64,000 nt of DNA from Pseudomonadota bacterium (GTDB lineage Bacteria > Pseudomonadota > Alphaproteobacteria > Sphingomonadales > SMXR01), in NCBI GenBank assembly GCA_022566215.1, contig JADFJJ010000004.1:283-64282 (forward strand), given 5' to 3'. The position numbers and the translations under genes were made by a program. Shown here piece by piece: positions 1 to 10,114 of this stretch. Under the pieces are notes generated by a model. That model was not told the origin of the DNA and made no database searches. It saw only the letters and a program-made list of their open reading frames with translations. Every line of letters starts with the position of its first letter. The first letter of the stretch is position 1.

Positions 1-373
1 CGTAGGCCGAAAGCCCGGCCTCTGTTGCGCCGGACAGAACCCGGACCTTGAAACCGCAGGCCTTTTCAATCCGCTCAACAAACGCCGGACCGTTTTCAGA
101 ATCGCGCACCGCGGCGGTCGCCACCGCCGCGATCTGGTCAACATTCATATCATCACACAGGTGGGCGAACCTTCCGAGCGCCGCCAGCGCCATTTCCATC
201 GCCTGCTCATCCATGCCGCCGGTGGCGGTCACGCCGCGCGCCAGGCCGCACAGCACCCGCTCGTTGAAAATAATGTCCGGGCTCCGCTTCAACCCCCGGT
301 AAACCACCAGGCGGACCGAGTTCGAGCCAACATCAATAACCGCAATCAGTCTTTGTTTGGGCGGGCGCGCCAT
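1..373 (-). CDS. ppx: exopolyphosphatase, Ppx/GppA family (first ~124 codons; gene continues past the left edge)
   Basis: Own reverse-strand translation from ATG at 373-371: MARPPKQRLIAVIDVGSNSVRLVVYRGLKRSPDIIFNERVLCGLARG... This contains the DVGSNSxRL motif typical of Ppx/GppA. It starts 8 nt downstream of the ppk stop. Absent from the ORF track because there is no stop in the window. Confidence 0.8.
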   Translation of the reverse strand, partial: MARPPKQRLIAVIDVGSNSVRLVVYRGLKRSPDIIFNERVLCGLARGVTATGGMDEQAMEMALAALGRFAHLCDDMNVDQIAAVATAAVRDSENGPAFVERIEKACGFKVRVLSGATEAGLSAY

Positions 374-380
374 AAATCCA

Positions 381-2519
381 TTAATCCTTTTTTGCGGCTG
401 GAGCCCGGTAGAGCTCCCGGGCCGGAGCTTTTTTCTTGAGCGCCGCGCCGCGCCCGGAAAGCGACGGGTTGGTCATGAAATACTGATGGGCGGAAAACGC
501 CTCTCCCTCGACCTTCATGCGGCGGTAGCTTTCATCCCCTTGCAATAGCCAGCTTTGCAGGTTGTCGTTCAGGTTGGCCGCCATCACCTGGCCGACCACC
601 TGTTCGTGGACGGTGGGGTTTTCAATCGGCACCATGACCTCTACCCGGTGCCTGAAATTCCGCGCCATCCAGTCGGCTGAACTGATAAAAACCAGAGCCT
701 TCTTATTGGGCAGGCTGTGGCCGTTGCCAAAACAGAATACCCGGGCATGTTCAAGAAACCTGCCGACGATGCTCTTGACCCGGATATTGTCCGACATCCC
801 CGGAATGCCGGGCCTGAGACAGCAAATGCCGCGCACTATCAGGTCGATCTGAACCCCGGCGCACGACGCCTGATACATCTTGTCTATGATTTTGCGGTCC
901 GCCAGAGAATTCATTTTCGCCCAGAAAGCACCCGGCTTGCCGTTTTTCACGTTTTCTATTTCGTTATCAATCAGCTCCGTCAGGCGGGCTTCAATGCCGT
1001 GTGGCGACATCGATATTTTTTCAAATTTTTCAGGGGTGACGTAACCGGTGAGATAATTGAACACATGGGCGGCATCGCGGGTCAGCGCCGGGTCATCGGT
1101 GAAAAAGGAAAAATCGGTATAAATTTTGGCTTTGACCGGGTGATAATTGCCGGTGCCGAAATGAACGTAAGAAACCAGTTTATCCTTTTCCCGGCGAATG
1201 ATCATGGAAACCTTGGCGTGGGTTTTCAGGTCCATAAAGCCGTACACCACCTGGACCCCTGCCCGCTCCAGGTCACGGGCCCACTTGATGTTCTGTTCTT
1301 CCTCGAAGCGGGCTCTCAGCTCGACCTGGGCGGTGACGGATTTGCCCGCTTCGGCAGCCTCGATCAAAGCCCGGATGACCGCCGATTGCGACCCGGCGCG
1401 GTAGAGCGTCTGCTTGATTGCCACCACATCCGGGTCGGCGGCGGCCTGGCTCAAAAACTTGTGGACGACATCAAAACTTTCATAAGGATGGTGAACAATA
1501 AAATCCTTGGCCCGGATGGCGGCAAAAATATCGCCGCCAAACTCCTTGATGCGCTCTGGATAGCGCGGGGTATAAGGCTTGTACAACAAATCCGGGCGGT
1601 CGCTGACGATCAACTGACTAACGTCATTGACGCCCAGGATGCCGTCCACCTCGACCACGCTTTCGGGATCGACGTTAAACTCCTTGATCACCATCCGCTT
1701 CAGGTCTTCCGGCATCCCGGCATTCAGCTTGAGGCGGATGACGTTGCCCCGGCGGCGCCGTTTCAGGGCGCTTTCAAATACCCGGACCAGGTCTTGCGCC
1801 TCTTCCTCTATTTCCAGATCACTGTCGCGGATAACCCGGAACATCCCATGGCCGACAAACCGGTAGGCGGGAAACAGCCGGTCCAGAAACAAATGGATCA
1901 GGTTCTCAAGGCTGATAAAGCGGATTTTCTTCCCCGGCAGGCGGATAAACCGCTGCACCTGGTGAGGGATCGGCAGCAGCACCGCCATGGCTGCCTTCGC
2001 CCGCTTGGGTTTCAGGCTCAGGATCAGGCAGAACCCAAGATTGGGAATAAACGGGAAGGGATGGGCGGGGTCCACCGCCAGCGGGGTCAGGACCGGGAAA
2101 ATTTCCTCGAGAAAGAAATTTTCCAGCCAGTCTTTTTCCTTAAGTGTTACCTGCCCCGGTTCCAGCACCCGGAGGCCTTCTTTTTTCATTTCTTTCAGCA
2201 GCTTCCTCCAGCACGCTTGCTGGCCGGCCATCAACTTGTCCGCCAGCGCGTTGATTTTCGAAAGCTGCTGGGCCGGGGTCAGGCCGTCGTTGCTGACCAC
2301 ATTCAGGCCCGAGGCCACCTGGCCCTTGAGCCCGGCCACCCGCACCATATAAAATTCATCCAGGTTGGAGCCGGAAATCGACAGGAAATTGACCCGGTCC
2401 AGAAGTGGATGCCTGGGGTTTCCGGCTTCCTCCAACACCCGCATGTTAAAGCGCAACCACGATAGTTCCCGGTTGATATATTTTTTTTTCGGGCTGGCGG
2501 TTTTCCAGGTTTGTTTCAT
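381..2519 (-). CDS. ppk: polyphosphate kinase 1
   Basis: 712-aa ORF. N-terminal NRELSWLRFNMRVLEEA and two PLD-like C-terminal modules (HAKVSMIIRRE, GRFLEHARVF) are typical of PPK1. The start ATG overlaps the hdaA stop (ATGA). Confidence 0.95.
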   Translation of the reverse strand: MKQTWKTASPKKKYINRELSWLRFNMRVLEEAGNPRHPLLDRVNFLSISGSNLDEFYMVRVAGLKGQVASGLNVVSNDGLTPAQQLSKINALADKLMAGQQACWRKLLKEMKKEGLRVLEPGQVTLKEKDWLENFFLEEIFPVLTPLAVDPAHPFPFIPNLGFCLILSLKPKRAKAAMAVLLPIPHQVQRFIRLPGKKIRFISLENLIHLFLDRLFPAYRFVGHGMFRVIRDSDLEIEEEAQDLVRVFESALKRRRRGNVIRLKLNAGMPEDLKRMVIKEFNVDPESVVEVDGILGVNDVSQLIVSDRPDLLYKPYTPRYPERIKEFGGDIFAAIRAKDFIVHHPYESFDVVHKFLSQAAADPDVVAIKQTLYRAGSQSAVIRALIEAAEAGKSVTAQVELRARFEEEQNIKWARDLERAGVQVVYGFMDLKTHAKVSMIIRREKDKLVSYVHFGTGNYHPVKAKIYTDFSFFTDDPALTRDAAHVFNYLTGYVTPEKFEKISMSPHGIEARLTELIDNEIENVKNGKPGAFWAKMNSLADRKIIDKMYQASCAGVQIDLIVRGICCLRPGIPGMSDNIRVKSIVGRFLEHARVFCFGNGHSLPNKKALVFISSADWMARNFRHRVEVMVPIENPTVHEQVVGQVMAANLNDNLQSWLLQGDESYRRMKVEGEAFSAHQYFMTNPSLSGRGAALKKKAPARELYRAPAAKKD

Positions 2520-3172
2520 TGCTGCTCTATAACCTTTTTGGCCAGCGGAATGGTGATCCTGGTTTTTTTCTCCAGCGCCATGCGGTCAATCCGGGAAACG
2601 ATCACCTGAACGCTCCGGAAGGAACGCTCCATCCTTTTCAGCAGGAACGAAACAACCGCCTCATCGACCATGATCTGGCGGTCGGAAAACTGTTTCATCA
2701 TCGCCGCGCCGAGGATATCCTGATCCGGATCGGTAAGCCGCACCGAGGGCGTACTTTTCAGGCGCGAGGCCAAATCCTTCAACGACAGATCCCATTTGGC
2801 CGGGTTTTCCGCTGCTGTCATCAGCAGGTAGCCCTGGTTCGCCCCGACCCAGTTATAGAGGTGCAGCAGCGCCCGCCAATCGCTGGTCCGTTCGGCATTT
2901 TCAACAATCACCGCCCGGCCAAGCTGCGGGACCATTTCCCTGGTAAGCTCCCCGGCTTCAATCTGGACCGCCCCCGCCCGCCCCTGCCAGACGTTGGCCA
3001 GATGGGTTTTGCCGCTGGCGCCAGGCCCCACCAGCAGCAGCGCGTGTGAAGGCCAATCGGGCCAGGCCTGGATATAATCCGCGGCCTCACGGTTGCAGCC
3101 GCCGATCACAAAGTCTTCCATCGAATGGGACTGCAGGACCGGGAAATCTAGGATGTATTGATTGGATTCCAT
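2516..3172 (-). CDS. hdaA: DnaA regulatory inactivator HdaA (DnaA domain III/IV-like)
   Basis: Walker A LLVGPGASGKTHLANVW in a short DnaA-like AAA+ protein. Start placed at ATG 3172 (MESNQYILDF...). The longer ORF-track start at 3247 would overlap the upstream transporter gene. Confidence 0.8.
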   Translation of the reverse strand: MESNQYILDFPVLQSHSMEDFVIGGCNREAADYIQAWPDWPSHALLLVGPGASGKTHLANVWQGRAGAVQIEAGELTREMVPQLGRAVIVENAERTSDWRALLHLYNWVGANQGYLLMTAAENPAKWDLSLKDLASRLKSTPSVRLTDPDQDILGAAMMKQFSDRQIMVDEAVVSFLLKRMERSFRSVQVIVSRIDRMALEKKTRITIPLAKKVIEQQ

Positions 3173-3185
3173 TCCTCTGGTCCGC

Positions 3186-4280
3186 TTAACCGGCCTTTTT
3201 CTTTTTATTCGTTCCCTCTTGCAGGGGGCTGGCAAGATAGCGCTCAACGGTATGACGGATCAGCACGCCAGCCACCGCCGCCGCCGGAATGGCGATCAGG
3301 ACGCCGACAAAACCCATCAGTTCACCCCCGGCGAAGATCGCGAACAGCACCCAGACCGGATGCAAGCGCACGTGCGACCCGATCAGGCGCGGGGTCAGCA
3401 CCGCCGCCTCAATCCCCTGGACAACGGCGTAAACCGCGGCAATTTTCAGCAGCGGGATCACATCAAGGCCAAACTGGCCAAGACCGATCAGCATTGCCAG
3501 CAGGAAGGTAAACAAGGCTCCGACGAAGGGAATGTAGGCCATCAGCCCGCCAATCAGGCCGAGAACCAGCGCGAACTCCAGACCGACCAGCGACCAGCCC
3601 AAGCCATATAAAACCGCCATCACCAGCGCCGACAGGGTCTGGCCGCGGACAAATCCGCCGAGCGCGGTATCGATATCCCTGCCGATCTTCCTGATCGCCG
3701 GGGCTTTGTCCCTGGGCAGCAAGGCAACCACTTTTGCCATCAGAATATCCCAGTCCCTGAGCAGGAAAAAAGCGGTCACCGGGGTGATCAGCAAAAGCAT
3801 CAAAAGATTAAACAGCGCCATGCCTCCGGACCAGAACCCGGCCAGGATCACCCCGGTCTTGTCCAGCGCGGTGCGCGCGGCACTTTCCAGGAAGCTTTCG
3901 CCGGTGATCCCGGAATCAATATTGAGCGCCCTGGTCACCTGGCTGAACATATCTTCCAGCACCGGGCGGGCGGCCGCGATATAGTCGGGAAGATTCTGGA
4001 TAAATGAGAAAACCTGGGTTTTGACCAACGGAAAAATGGCCGCCAATACCCCCCCGGCCCCAAAAAAGAATAATACCAGCGTCATCACCGTGGCGATCCA
4101 GCGGGGCAGGTGTTTGTTTTTGCCCCAGGGCAGTTTTATCAACTCAAACTTGTCGGTGACCGGGTCCAGCAGATAGGCCACCGCCAGCCCCACCAGAAAC
4201 GGAAGCAAAATTGCTTTGGTGGCATAAACAAACAACAGCAGGGCAATTACCCCGGCCCAGATATACAAACCTTTTTTCAT
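3186..4280 (-). CDS. AI-2E family transporter (PerM/UPF0118-like permease)
   Basis: 364-aa polytopic membrane protein. The C-terminal GELMGFVGVLIAIPAAAV segment is typical of the family. Confidence 0.8.
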   Translation of the reverse strand: MKKGLYIWAGVIALLLFVYATKAILLPFLVGLAVAYLLDPVTDKFELIKLPWGKNKHLPRWIATVMTLVLFFFGAGGVLAAIFPLVKTQVFSFIQNLPDYIAAARPVLEDMFSQVTRALNIDSGITGESFLESAARTALDKTGVILAGFWSGGMALFNLLMLLLITPVTAFFLLRDWDILMAKVVALLPRDKAPAIRKIGRDIDTALGGFVRGQTLSALVMAVLYGLGWSLVGLEFALVLGLIGGLMAYIPFVGALFTFLLAMLIGLGQFGLDVIPLLKIAAVYAVVQGIEAAVLTPRLIGSHVRLHPVWVLFAIFAGGELMGFVGVLIAIPAAAVAGVLIRHTVERYLASPLQEGTNKKKKAG

Positions 4281-4283
4281 GTT

Positions 4284-5429
4284 CTAGTTCCCCCTCCCGG
4301 CGATCAGGTCGTCGCGGTCCTCATTACTGATGAGCACCCAGCCGCGCTCGCTTTCCATCAGGATAAGCCCTTTTTGGGCCAGCGCAAGAGCCAGCTGGCC
4401 GGTGGTGCCGGCAAACCGGACCACCAGGTAACTTTCCGGCATCGCCATGCGGATAATTCTGACTTCCTGAACCACCGGGGTATCGGACAGTTTTTGCAGG
4501 GTCTCGGCCCAGCTCCCCTCGCCGGCGACCGGAACGATCAGGGCCAGTTCCAGCGCGCTGCCGAATTGCGTCATCGACTGGTCTTTCCAGGCCTGGTCCC
4601 GGCGCATCAGGAATTGCCCGAGGCCCCGTTCCAGCAGCGCCTCTTCGGGCTCAAGATAAGTTGGGTAAATATCGAAAGCCTCAACCGGGGCGCCGCTCAA
4701 GGGGTGATTGGCGACCAGTTCAAGTTTGTCCACCTGGCCCGCGGTATTCCTGAAAAAGCGGGCGCCAATGACTATGATCTCATTCACCCGGTAGCGTTCA
4801 GCCAGAGCTTGCAGCCGGTCTTTGCCGCGGCCCTGGATCAGCAAATCGGGGGTTATTGAGGCCCGCTCCCGGACACTGCCCTCCAGCACCCGGTAGGCCA
4901 TAATGCGGTTTTCCAGAAGCTTCCCCCGCCACAGGCCGGCAAAAGTGTTTTGCTCCTCCCACAACAGCCAGGCGCCGTCCTGCCACTCAAGCGGGATCAC
5001 CAGCGCCGGTTTCGGGGCGATCCCAACGTAGGCGATCGATTGCCGCCCCAGCAGCTGCTGGATCTTTCCGGCCTCAAAGGTAATGTTCAGGGTGGCGATA
5101 TAGCGCACCTGGGAACTGCGCTCTTCAACCACTTCGATGCCGTGTACATAATCCGACGGCTTGGCCCCTTCCGGCAGATAAAACCGGTCCAGGTCCGCTT
5201 CCCCCATCAGCCGCCGCAACAGCATGCGAAAGCCCTGCTCTTCCGCGGTGTTAATGGCAATTGTCCGGGCCTGGGCGGCGGTCCGGGAACGGATATCGAC
5301 TTCTATCCCGGTGACGGTAAAAAGACGTTCCATATCGCTGTCCTGGGCCAGTCCCCGGCCGGGTAATATGCCCAGCACAAAAACGCCCAGCAGAATAAGC
5401 AGTTTCAGGGTTTTGGGGGTGGCTTGCAT
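4284..5429 (-). CDS. secreted protein of unknown function (possibly DUF2066-like)
   Basis: 381-aa ORF with an N-terminal signal peptide (KLLILLGVFVLGILPGRGLAQD). The family assignment is from memory of alphaproteobacterial purM neighbourhoods only. Confidence 0.5.
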   Translation of the reverse strand: MQATPKTLKLLILLGVFVLGILPGRGLAQDSDMERLFTVTGIEVDIRSRTAAQARTIAINTAEEQGFRMLLRRLMGEADLDRFYLPEGAKPSDYVHGIEVVEERSSQVRYIATLNITFEAGKIQQLLGRQSIAYVGIAPKPALVIPLEWQDGAWLLWEEQNTFAGLWRGKLLENRIMAYRVLEGSVRERASITPDLLIQGRGKDRLQALAERYRVNEIIVIGARFFRNTAGQVDKLELVANHPLSGAPVEAFDIYPTYLEPEEALLERGLGQFLMRRDQAWKDQSMTQFGSALELALIVPVAGEGSWAETLQKLSDTPVVQEVRIIRMAMPESYLVVRFAGTTGQLALALAQKGLILMESERGWVLISNEDRDDLIAGRGN

Positions 5430-5642
5430 AGATGCTCCGGTTTATCGGGTTTTTCATATCAGGTCCGGCCCGGCGATGCCATAGCTATGCGCCGCGTCAG
5501 GCCAATTTTGGCCTTTTAGGGAAATTACGTGACAAGATTAAGACCAGCCGGGCTTTTGTAATGTCGTTTTTTGCGATATCCCTATTGTCCAAACACCGGA
5601 AAACAGGCTAAGAGAGCGCCAACAAGGGGTCTGGGCCAAGCA

Positions 5643-6755
5643 ATGAGCAACAAAAAACCGCTTACATACAAGGACGCCGGGGTCGATATCAGCGCCGGGG
5701 AAGCCCTGGTTGAGGCGATCAAGCCGCTGGCGGCTTCCACAGCAAGACCGGGCGCTGACGGCGCGTTGGGCGGGTTTGGCGCCTTGTTTGACCTGAAGGC
5801 CGCCGGTTTCCGGGACCCGGTGCTGGTGGCCGCCACCGACGGGGTTGGCTCCAAGCTCAAAATTGCACTGGAGACCGGAGTTCTCGACACCATCGGCATC
5901 GACCTGGTGGCGATGTGCGTCAATGACCTGATCGTTCAGGGCGCGGAACCGCTGTTTTTCCTGGATTATTACGCCACTGGCAAGCTGGAAGTGAAAAAGG
6001 GCCGCGATATCGTCGCTGGCATTGCCGCCGGATGCCGTGAAGCCGGGTGCGCGCTGATCGGCGGGGAAAGCGCGGAAATGCCCGGCCTTTACGCCGGACA
6101 GGACTTTGACCTGGCGGGGTTTGCCGTCGGCGCGGCGGAACGGGGCGCCCTGCTGGATTCCGCCAACGTCAAACCGGGCGATTCCATTTTGGGGCTGGGT
6201 TCTTCCGGGATCCACTCGAACGGCTTTTCGCTGGTCCGGAAAATAGTTGAAGAACATCAGCTAACCTATTCTAATATAAACGTTTTTGACGGTCACTTGG
6301 GAACCCTTGGCGAGGCCTTGCTGACCCCCACCCGGATTTATGTCCGGGCTCTTCTGCCGCTCTTGAGGGAGGGTAAGATCAAGGCTTTGGCGCACATCAC
6401 CGGCGGCGGTTTGGTGGAAAACATCCCGCGCACCCTGCCGCCCGGATGTCAGGCCGATATTGACGCCGGCAGCTGGACTGCCCCGCCGGTCTTCCGCTGG
6501 CTGCGCCAGGCCGCCGGGCTGTCCCCGTTTGAGCTGCTGCGCACTTTTAATTGCGGCATCGGCATGACCGTGGTGGTGAAAAAAGAGCTGGAGAATGAGG
6601 TTTTCAGCATCCTCGAGGCCGCCGGCGAGAAGGTGTACCGGATCGGCCAAGTAGTCAAAAGCGCCCATCCCGGGCCCCGGGCGGTCATCACCGGCAAAGG
6701 CGGGGCGCTCGGGTATAACCAGCCCTGGCAAGTCAAAACCGGCGAGGCTTTATAA
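5643..6755 (+). CDS. purM: phosphoribosylformylglycinamidine cyclo-ligase (AIR synthetase)
   Basis: [24 protein letters not shown]... and GGFGALFDL are PurM hallmarks. Start moved to ATG 5643 (the ORF-track start 5571 adds 24 unlikely residues). The stop overlaps the purN start (TAATG). Confidence 0.95.
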   Translation: MSNKKPLTYKDAGVDISAGEALVEAIKPLAASTARPGADGALGGFGALFDLKAAGFRDPVLVAATDGVGSKLKIALETGVLDTIGIDLVAMCVNDLIVQGAEPLFFLDYYATGKLEVKKGRDIVAGIAAGCREAGCALIGGESAEMPGLYAGQDFDLAGFAVGAAERGALLDSANVKPGDSILGLGSSGIHSNGFSLVRKIVEEHQLTYSNINVFDGHLGTLGEALLTPTRIYVRALLPLLREGKIKALAHITGGGLVENIPRTLPPGCQADIDAGSWTAPPVFRWLRQAAGLSPFELLRTFNCGIGMTVVVKKELENEVFSILEAAGEKVYRIGQVVKSAHPGPRAVITGKGGALGYNQPWQVKTGEAL

Positions 6756-7405
6756 TGAAAAAGATGCGCGTTGCGGTCCTGATTTCCGGGCGGGGCAGCA
6801 ATATGGAAGCCCTGATAGAGGCCTGCCGCGATAAAGAATACCCGGCCGGGATTGTCCTGGTGATCTCAAGCCGGCCGGGAGCCAAGGGCCTGGAGTATGC
6901 CAAACGGGCAGGAATCCGCACCGAAGTGGTCAACCATACGGAATTTGAGAGCCGCGATGCCTTTGAGGAAGCAATCCATACGATTTTGAAAGAGACCAAG
7001 GTTGAGCTGGTTTGCCTGGCCGGCTTCATGCGGGTCCTCAACCCCTCGTTCGTCAACCGCTGGCGCGACCGGATCCTGAATATCCACCCTTCCCTGCTGC
7101 CCGCCTTCAAGGGGCTGCATACCCATGAACGGGTTCTCGATGCAGGGGTGCGCTTTACCGGCTGTACGGTGCATATTGTCCGCCCGGAAATGGACGACGG
7201 CCCGATCATCATCCAGGCGGTGGTGCCGATCACCCCCAAGGACACCCCCGGCGCCCTGGCCGCAAAGGTTCTCGAATTTGAACACAAAATCTATCCCGAG
7301 GCGCTCAGCATGATGGCCCAGGGCCGGGCCCGGGTTTCCGGCAATTTGGTCTACGTCAAGGGAAAAAAGATCAAAGCCAAGGGGCTGATCAACCCGCCGT
7401 TTTAA
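6755..7405 (+). CDS. purN: phosphoribosylglycinamide formyltransferase
   Basis: 216 aa with VLISGRGSNMEALI and NIHPSLLPAFKG motifs. Confidence 0.95.
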   Translation: MKKMRVAVLISGRGSNMEALIEACRDKEYPAGIVLVISSRPGAKGLEYAKRAGIRTEVVNHTEFESRDAFEEAIHTILKETKVELVCLAGFMRVLNPSFVNRWRDRILNIHPSLLPAFKGLHTHERVLDAGVRFTGCTVHIVRPEMDDGPIIIQAVVPITPKDTPGALAAKVLEFEHKIYPEALSMMAQGRARVSGNLVYVKGKKIKAKGLINPPF

Positions 7406-7416
7406 AACGCAAGCGG

Positions 7417-7839
7417 TCAGCCGACGATTTCGTCCTGGCTAAAGAAAAACTCGATTTCAATTTTGGCGTTGTCAGGGCTGTCCGAGCCGTGGACCGAGTT
7501 GGCTTCGATGCTCTCCGCAAAGGTTTTGCGGATGGTGCCCTCTACCGCCAATGCGGGATCGGTGGCGCCCATCACTTTCCGGTTCAGCAAAACCGCGTCT
7601 TCCCCTTCCAGAACCTGTACCACCACCGGGCCGGAAGTCATGAACTTGACCAGGTCGCTGTAAAACAGACGTTCTTTGTGGACGGCATAAAATTCTTTCG
7701 CCCGGGCTTCACTGAGGCGGAGGCGCTTCTGGGCGATAATGCGCAGCCCTGCCGCTTCCAGCAAGGCATTGATCGCGCCGGTCAGATTGCGCCGGGTGGC
7801 GTCCGGCTTGATAATCGAGAGTGTTCTTTCAAGCGCCAT
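7417..7839 (-). CDS. ndk: nucleoside-diphosphate kinase
   Basis: 140 aa: [14 protein letters not shown]... and NSVHGSDS (active-site His). Confidence 0.97.
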   Translation of the reverse strand: MALERTLSIIKPDATRRNLTGAINALLEAAGLRIIAQKRLRLSEARAKEFYAVHKERLFYSDLVKFMTSGPVVVQVLEGEDAVLLNRKVMGATDPALAVEGTIRKTFAESIEANSVHGSDSPDNAKIEIEFFFSQDEIVG

Positions 7840-7910
7840 TTTGGAAAGCCCCCCTGGGCGGTTAAATTTTGCAGGCTTATAGCGGCGCTGAACCGCCCCG
7901 TAAAGCCGGT

Positions 7911-8357
7911 TTATTTTTTCTTCCAGCCGCCTTGCTCTGTCTGGCTCCAGTAGGTCAGGTCATGGTCTTCATTTTTAAGGGTTTTCCATTGCTCCCGGGC
8001 CTTCGCCACCTGGTTTTCGGAATTGCCGTCAAAGACGAAAAAGACCCTTTTGAACTTATCAAGTCCGGCGGCCGGGGCGCCTGGCAGGATAAAAAGGAAT
8101 GCCGCACCGGCGGGATTGTCTTGACCCGCGGTCAGGAAAACCGGCTGCTGCTCCGGTCTGGCTGATTTCGAGGTTCCGTGAGCCAGGAAAGAATCCGGAT
8201 CAACCGACCAAAGCGCCGTGTCCATAAGCGGGACCTCCGCTTCCTCCGCCAGCCGGACCACCGCCCGCTCCCCGGCTTGGAGCGCTTTTTCCAGCAGCCG
8301 CAGCAGCGCCCGCTCCATCGAATGGCGCTTGAGCTGATAAAAACTGACTTCGGTCAT
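7911..8357 (-). CDS. holC: DNA polymerase III subunit chi
   Basis: 148 aa. The N-terminal [22 protein letters not shown] is a chi-like pattern. Located directly downstream of pepA. Confidence 0.8.
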   Translation of the reverse strand: MTEVSFYQLKRHSMERALLRLLEKALQAGERAVVRLAEEAEVPLMDTALWSVDPDSFLAHGTSKSARPEQQPVFLTAGQDNPAGAAFLFILPGAPAAGLDKFKRVFFVFDGNSENQVAKAREQWKTLKNEDHDLTYWSQTEQGGWKKK

Positions 8358-8369
8358 TTAGAGGTAAGC

Positions 8370-9863
8370 CTAACCTTCAAAATTATCTTTGACATAGCGG
8401 TCCAGCAGCCGCACCCCATACCCGGTGGCGCCCTTGTCCCACAAACGGCCGGGCTTGAGGGTCCAGACCATCCCGGCGACATCGATATGCGCCCACGGAA
8501 CATCGTTGGTGAAACGCTTCAGGAATTGCGCCGCGGTAATCGAGCCGGCATTGGCGCCATCCCCCACGTTCTTCATATCGGCGATCTGGCAGTTGATCAG
8601 CTTGTCATATTCATCGCTCAGCGGGAAGCGCCAGACCCTGTCCCCGCTCTCCTCACCGGCCTTGGTCAGGGCCTTGGCGATCCCTTCATCGCTGGTGAAA
8701 AAGCCTGCGTACTGGCCGCGCCCGAGGGCGACAATTATCGCCCCGGTCAGGGTCGCCAGGTCAATCATGACCTTGGGTTTAAACGTCTCCTGGCAGTACC
8801 AGAGAATATCAGCCAGCACCAGACGGCCTTCGGCGTCCGTGTTGATTACCTCGATGGTCTGGCCGGAGAGCGATTTGACCACGTCGCCGGGGCGCTGGGC
8901 CTTGCCTGAAGGCATGTTTTCCACCAGCCCGACGATGCCGATGACATTGGCCCTGGCGCCGCGCAGGGCCAGCGCCCTCATGGCGCCGGTGACAATCCCG
9001 GCGCCGCCCATGTCCCATTTCATTTCCTCCATGCCGGCGCCCGGTTTGAGGGAAATTCCGCCGGTATCAAAGGTTACCCCCTTGCCGATCAAGGCGACCG
9101 GGGCCTGACCTTTTTTGCCGCCGCTCCATTTCATGATCGCCACGTAGGATTCGCGGTCACTGCCCTGGCCAACCGCCAGCAGCGCCCCCATGCCGATTTT
9201 CTCCAGTTCTTTTTCACCGAGGATTTCTACCTCGACTCCGTCTTGCTCCAAGGACTTGATGGCCGTTGCAAAACTCTTCGGATAAACGACGTTGGCGGGC
9301 TCGCTGATCAAATCCCGGGTCATGTACACTCCGTCGATCACCAGGTCCATTTCGGCATAGAGGCCTGCCGCCGCTTGGTCAGCGGTGACAATTATGGCCT
9401 CTTCCAGGCGGGCCTTTTTGTTTTCCGGCTGTTTGGTCAGGTATTTGGAAAAATGATAGGCCCTGAGCCGCAGGCCGGCGGCGATGTGTGAAGCAAACTC
9501 ACCGGCCTTGGTTTTTACCCCGCCAGGGGTATCGGCCATAACCGTGAGGAATTTTTCGCCCGAGCGCAGCAGCTTGGCGGCAATTGCGGCGCCAACGTTT
9601 TCAGCGGAAATGGTGGTCACTTCCTTCGCCGGGCCCAGACCAAAAACCAGAAGCCTGGAGAACCCGATATTGGATGGCGCCAATACTTGCACGGCTTCCC
9701 CGCGTTTGCCTTTAAAATTTGAGGTTTTAAAGGCTTGGTCCAGCGCCCCGCCGGTGGCTTTATTATAATGCTTGCCGGTGCTGTCCAGTTTCGGGCCCTG
9801 GGCCGCCAGCAGAACCAGCGCGCCGGTTTCCTTTAGGGCTTTTTCGGAAAATTTTATTTTCAT
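8370..9863 (-). CDS. pepA: leucyl aminopeptidase (M17)
   Basis: M17 motifs NTDAEGRLVLAD and VGKGVTFDTGGISLKP. Start placed at ATG 9863 (MKIKFSEKAL...) rather than the ORF-track 9926. Confidence 0.92.
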   Translation of the reverse strand: MKIKFSEKALKETGALVLLAAQGPKLDSTGKHYNKATGGALDQAFKTSNFKGKRGEAVQVLAPSNIGFSRLLVFGLGPAKEVTTISAENVGAAIAAKLLRSGEKFLTVMADTPGGVKTKAGEFASHIAAGLRLRAYHFSKYLTKQPENKKARLEEAIIVTADQAAAGLYAEMDLVIDGVYMTRDLISEPANVVYPKSFATAIKSLEQDGVEVEILGEKELEKIGMGALLAVGQGSDRESYVAIMKWSGGKKGQAPVALIGKGVTFDTGGISLKPGAGMEEMKWDMGGAGIVTGAMRALALRGARANVIGIVGLVENMPSGKAQRPGDVVKSLSGQTIEVINTDAEGRLVLADILWYCQETFKPKVMIDLATLTGAIIVALGRGQYAGFFTSDEGIAKALTKAGEESGDRVWRFPLSDEYDKLINCQIADMKNVGDGANAGSITAAQFLKRFTNDVPWAHIDVAGMVWTLKPGRLWDKGATGYGVRLLDRYVKDNFEG

Positions 9864-10114
9864 GGTTTGCCTCATCAAAATCGGGGTGAAATTCTTAAAA
9901 AGGAAGTTTTTGGTATAGCCTCCCAATTCTCTAAAGCAAAGACGATTTTTTCGCCATTCCGGCCTTTTCAGCCCATTTGTCCCCTCCCCGCTATTTTTTT
10001 ATTTATTTGTTTTGCCGAACCTGCTTAATAAAATGCCGCCGGAATTTTAGCGAAAGGCTTGATTTTTGCGGCCCAGCTCAAAAAACGCAGACAACCAAGG
10101 CAAACCGAAACCTG

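Noticed and set aside
717-2465. 582-aa ORF on the plus strand
   Set aside because: It is entirely antisense to ppk, which has unmistakable PPK1 motifs. The product is Arg/Gly/Pro-rich and low-complexity, typical of shadow ORFs in high-GC DNA.
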